Positions 61,301 through 64,000 of a stretch of 64,000 nucleotides of DNA are shown piece by piece. The translations under genes were made by a program, and so were the position numbers. Position 1 is the first letter of the stretch. Each line of letters starts with the position of its first letter. This DNA is from Blastocatellia bacterium (GTDB lineage Bacteria; Acidobacteriota; Blastocatellia; UBA7656): contig CAVXWP010000007.1 of the NCBI GenBank assembly GCA_963765495.1, positions 224,001 to 288,000 of the forward strand, read 5' to 3'. Under the pieces are notes generated by a model that saw nothing but the letters and a program-made list of their open reading frames with translations, was not told where the DNA came from and searched no databases.

Positions 61301-62682
61301 AGGTGGGAGCGATCTGCCCGTGCTTGATAGGAGAAGGGACGGAGCCGGAGATCTACGAGTTGTTCAACACAGGAGTTGATGCAGTGGTGAATTCGCAGGG
61401 ACAGGTGACGTTTGCCAAACCGTCATTTGACCTGAGATTCGAAGGAAACGGAGACTGCACGCCGTTGAGACAGGATGAGAACAACCGAGGGAAGGTGTGC
61501 TTCTACGGAGTAGGATGCGGAGAGCCGCCCAACCCGACCTGCAATCTGGTGGTAGTACCGGCAGGAGCCGGGACACCGAACGCAGGAACAGACATAGTAG
61601 ACCGACTCTGCGCAGTAGGAGTAGAGATAGTCGGATGTGGATTCCTGCCAAATGAAGTGACGACGATCTGCTCTGGGATCGGAACGGAGACAGGAATACC
61701 GATAGTACGACCCGGAAAGACAGTGACGACAGCGGTCGAGGCGGTATGCGAAGTCGACGTGAAGGGAGACGGGACGACGGAAGTGCCGATCGTATTGGCA
61801 AACGTGGTGCCAGTGAGCAAGAACCTGATCACGGCGAGTTTCCCGACCGTGAGTTTCGGATCAGCCGGAGCAGCAGCGACGAGCACGGCCTTCCCGCTGG
61901 GATGCTGTGGAGGAGTAGTGGAAGTAATAGTGACAACGACGTTCACGGATGGAGACAACAATGTGTTTGGAGACTTCACGAGGACGTCGGTGTGCGCAGT
62001 GAACCTTGGCGTGAGAGCACCGGTAGTGTTGAGTGCGTCGCCGTCATCAGGGAATTGTGCGGTACCACAGGACATCCTGATAGTGGGATCGTGCTTCCTG
62101 ACGCCGGGAGCAGTGACATCGGTGTTTGCAGTAGCCGAAGACGGGACAGTGGTACAGGCGACGGTATTCACGATCTTGAAGAACGACACGATAGATGCGT
62201 TGTTCAACTTCGGGAGTGCTAACGCAGGGAAGGTGTTCCGAATCTTCGTAACAGGCCCAGGAGGGACGAGCAGGAACCTGTCGGCGTTGGTAGCGGGACA
62301 GACGTGCAACATACTTGGAAACGAGCAAGGGATCCAGGTGACGTTCACGTGTAATTCCGGAGGCAACCCTGGTGATAATGGAAACCCGCCAGACATCGCA
62401 AAACTGGATGAATGCCGGTTGAACCGAACATCATCAGGAGGGTTTGTGCTGACAGTGCTGGGAAGCAACATCAAGCAGGGAGCAACAGCAACAGTCGGAG
62501 GAGTGGAACCGAGGAAGATCAAGTTCAAGAGTCCGATCTCGGGGACGCAAGCCTTCGGTAAGTTGGTGTTGAAGGGACGAGTATGTCAAGGGCTGCCAGG
62601 AGCGATCATAGTGACGAATCCTGGACCGAACGGGGGACCGTCGCAGCCGTTGTCATGCTCCAAGACCTGTCCGTCGAACTAG
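58306..62682 (+). CDS. Large secreted Cys/Gly/Asp-rich surface protein, copy 2 (intact, 1458 aa)
   Basis: GGAGAGG RBS, signal peptide, acidic Ca-binding-like motifs (ADWDGRED, DLDGDGLVD), NSNGNITFG...RIAPAWVDL nidogen-like segment, IPT-like C-terminus. Confidence 0.88.
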   Translation: MMKTKRAVMMAVLAVAVVSLAVPIVGLRASASSASTSPIASLASRPASSGPVAPVVEPTASVAPQPTSDNNKIPQATLDALGVKRLPDGVSSKSVGERFARGLTGGKNSPRPSIQGPGNSVPLFDPHNRPHRPAVSDPSIGQPVVLDGTAAFSAAVATNVGGRDSQFSEVALVADWDGREDCAVDRGTKIDDFSEVEPEIDFVLTRVAISEHTIANGFLDNQFYYGDSIGNFYVSFDLDGDGLVDIVNVVNIPELVGTGASDGFALLNPTAGDFTDDQVTITGIAVNPVADLGDFGLCGITGEVTYVSIHDTEGGASNAANQPIRTRIFAFATFELGGAVFSGGSLQILRSQFSNVAGVAVDDDGNLYFELVNLVTLNPSTGTGSEGAAIFKATELKRTVCDTTGRINRVIPLIPTPSTITSTTALSNGSTRLTNYTGASTNFGNIVAITCGPCNVLYAAVSASNTGIQSLAQGRFKATSTFPDGLPSMVISFADCGGAFDMCSGEAVALIDPNVGGILPIADGRADGGGDFGNWRVFVVGNGPDLPSIGTNALAGNIPITQHIDMQIDFSSHSGIAVNQESTVYVISGGAPAADSGASPFVTEVLCFPDWCPMDRRADYVDYRGNSFPNPPASGGNVGDGDSDRFDHIYYQAPIDTVNLLPTGLSGLAVGFIRYTNRLADNPISDGVALGFTQPILGDDDFAGPIIFEDLDPSHQAAGGDDQNTPFRGDDNDGSGDPSLDGALEGGFEFCFGGGTTIGANCDSDGVDVWNAFFWNSNGNITFGEGDPTPSPNVLIFRAGPPRIAPAWVDLNPDTRGADFGLGPDFGTFPVMALGFANINSFKIRWINVPEFGTIGVDEVNFAQCMSSNTFSVTLYDDGTGCDENEAQAFNPANPIGNNAVPFDRQEGPTDLRYTVEPVTGTIVGCPPRNPGSGNFCFEYCRMDLLGTKDRPVLVGYTIGFRDPLNPPGLCASNLSCLAREVEQPDGHFGVIPNCDQAQVGAICPCLIGEGTEPEIYELFNTGVDAVVNSQGQVTFAKPSFDLRFEGNGDCTPLRQDENNRGKVCFYGVGCGEPPNPTCNLVVVPAGAGTPNAGTDIVDRLCAVGVEIVGCGFLPNEVTTICSGIGTETGIPIVRPGKTVTTAVEAVCEVDVKGDGTTEVPIVLANVVPVSKNLITASFPTVSFGSAGAAATSTAFPLGCCGGVVEVIVTTTFTDGDNNVFGDFTRTSVCAVNLGVRAPVVLSASPSSGNCAVPQDILIVGSCFLTPGAVTSVFAVAEDGTVVQATVFTILKNDTIDALFNFGSANAGKVFRIFVTGPGGTSRNLSALVAGQTCNILGNEQGIQVTFTCNSGGNPGDNGNPPDIAKLDECRLNRTSSGGFVLTVLGSNIKQGATATVGGVEPRKIKFKSPISGTQAFGKLVLKGRVCQGLPGAIIVTNPGPNGGPSQPLSCSKTCPSN

Positions 62683-62706
62683 TTAGACGGAAGCGATCAA
62701 GGGGAA

Positions 62707-62780
62707 AGGTGAGAGAGGAAACTCTCTCACCTGAATTTAGAAGCAAAGTTGAGGAGAATCGGTTTTTCCGGTTCTCCTTA
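62707..62780 (+). terminator. Double hairpin after copy 2
   Basis: Same two hairpins as 57958..58031, followed by TTTTTTT. Confidence 0.72.
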
Positions 62781-62847
62781 ATTTTTTTGCCTAATTTGGG
62801 CAAGCAAAGAACGTAGACCCATCGGTATTTTCGATTCAAGCAAAAGC

Positions 62848-62876
62848 TTGACATAATCGTAAACGGCATATAAGTT
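62848..62876 (+). promoter_or_regulatory. sigma70 promoter of ffh
   Basis: TTGACA-17nt-TAAGTT, 30 bp before the ATG. Confidence 0.65.
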
Positions 62877-62906
62877 ATTTGTTTCTGTCTTTATACGGGT
62901 AGTTAC

Positions 62907-64000
62907 ATGTTTGAAGCGCTTTCCGACAAATTAAGAAAAGTCCTTAAGGATCTGCGTGGCCAGGGCAAGTTGACCGAGGCTCACATCGAGGCTGCGATGC
63001 GCGAGATTCGTATCGCACTGCTAGAGGCCGACGTTAATTATAAGGTGGTCAAGTCTTTTGTTGATCGCGTTAAGGAAAAAGCCCTCGGCCAGGAAGTAAT
63101 CGGCACTCTCGCGCCTGCTCAACAGGTAGTAAAGATCGTCTATGACGAAATGGTTGAGATGCTTGGCGGGACCTCGACTCAACTCCTTTTCACAAAACGT
63201 ATACCAAATGTTGTGATGATTGTCGGTCTTCAGGGATCAGGCAAGACTACCACAACCGGCAAGCTTGCGAAGCTTCTGGCCGAAAACCAGAAGCGCCGGC
63301 CCTTGCTGCTGTCTGTGGACGTTTATCGTCCTGCCGCTCGCCAACAACTTTCCATAATAGGAGGAGCGATTGGCCAGCCGGTTTTTGAAGCGCCTGAAAC
63401 AAATGATCCGATTGAATTGTGTCGGCTGGCTATGCTCGAATGCCAGCATAAGGGTTATGATACTCTCCTCATTGATACCGCCGGTCGCCTGCACATTGAC
63501 GAAGCGTTGATGGTGGAACTGCAACGAATCAAGCAGGACACAACTCCATCAGAGATTCTCTTTATTGCCGACGCAATGACAGGACAAGATGCGGTGCGCT
63601 CGGCACAACAATTTCATGAGAGCGTCGGGTTGACCGGCGTGGTATTGACTAAGATGGAGGGTGACACGCGCGGCGGAGCAGCACTCTCTATCAAAGAGGT
63701 GACCGGGCAGCCCATAAAGTTTATTGGTGTGGGCGAACGCTATGACGCGATTGAGTCGTTTTATCCCGATCGTATTGCTCAACGCATCCTGGGGATGGGC
63801 GATGTTCTTTCTCTGATCGAGAAAGTGCAGTCGGAGGTGGATGAAGAAAAAGCGCTTGAGCTTCAGGAAAAGCTTGCGCGTGACAAGTTTTCGCTTGAAG
63901 ATTTTCGGGATCAGCTTCGTCAGATGAAACGATTGGGCTCGCTCGATAAGCTTCTTGACATGCTTCCTACCAATCTGCTCGGCGGCCTGAAGGTAACACC
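62907..64000 (+). CDS. ffh: Signal recognition particle protein Ffh (3' truncated; missing from the ORF track)
   Basis: Manual translation MFEALSDKLRKVLKDLRGQGKLTE..ALLEADVN, GLQGSGKTTT, DVYRPAA, DTAGR, RILGMGDV. Confidence 0.97.
   Translation, partial: MFEALSDKLRKVLKDLRGQGKLTEAHIEAAMREIRIALLEADVNYKVVKSFVDRVKEKALGQEVIGTLAPAQQVVKIVYDEMVEMLGGTSTQLLFTKRIPNVVMIVGLQGSGKTTTTGKLAKLLAENQKRRPLLLSVDVYRPAARQQLSIIGGAIGQPVFEAPETNDPIELCRLAMLECQHKGYDTLLIDTAGRLHIDEALMVELQRIKQDTTPSEILFIADAMTGQDAVRSAQQFHESVGLTGVVLTKMEGDTRGGAALSIKEVTGQPIKFIGVGERYDAIESFYPDRIAQRILGMGDVLSLIEKVQSEVDEEKALELQEKLARDKFSLEDFRDQLRQMKRLGSLDKLLDMLPTNLLGGLKVT

Larger units (their letters stand above)
53488..62778 (+). repeat. ~4.5-kb tandem direct duplication (53488-58029 and 58291-62778)
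   Basis: Shared RBS, near-identical coding blocks and identical ~95-bp 3' UTR. Confidence 0.92.

Noticed and set aside
53507-62682. Diversity-generating retroelement (TR/VR pair) behind the duplicated genes or the three small paralogues
   Set aside because: Differences are not adenine-specific, they include indels, both copies are full genes, and no reverse transcriptase is in the window.

Overview
Chromosomal window whose gene content (Oar-like TonB-dependent receptors, acidobacterial VWA protein, short EF-Ts) suggests Acidobacteriota, probably Blastocatellia (inference). The housekeeping backbone is rplM-rpsI-rpsB-tsf-pyrH-frr, tsaE/nnr, pckA, a partial ffh, transporters, a CheB/CheR-PAS-kinase with response regulator and a radical SAM enzyme. 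Four things stand out. (1) A dispersed family of elements made of tandem 7-bp repeats, a 15-80 bp core and the reverse-complement repeats. At least ten two-armed copies with five different heptamers sit at gene ends; three share a fixed-length conserved core and one lies in frame inside a hydantoinase gene. (2) A >2770-aa uncharacterised protein, open to the left edge, followed by three tandem mosaic ~240-aa paralogues. (3) Two tandem ~1460-aa secreted, possibly S-layer-like, paralogues with near-identical scaffolds, five swapped cassettes, a pyrimidine-to-purine synonymous-codon switch and a sigma54 promoter with a long leader. (4) Two TonB receptors, each next to a paralogous secreted helical FVTNPxF protein. 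A small MITE with a target-site duplication is also present. Two frameshifts look like long-read errors. I recognised no rRNA, tRNA, CRISPR array, transposase, integrase or reverse transcriptase. All calls come from reading the sequence by eye; no searches were run.
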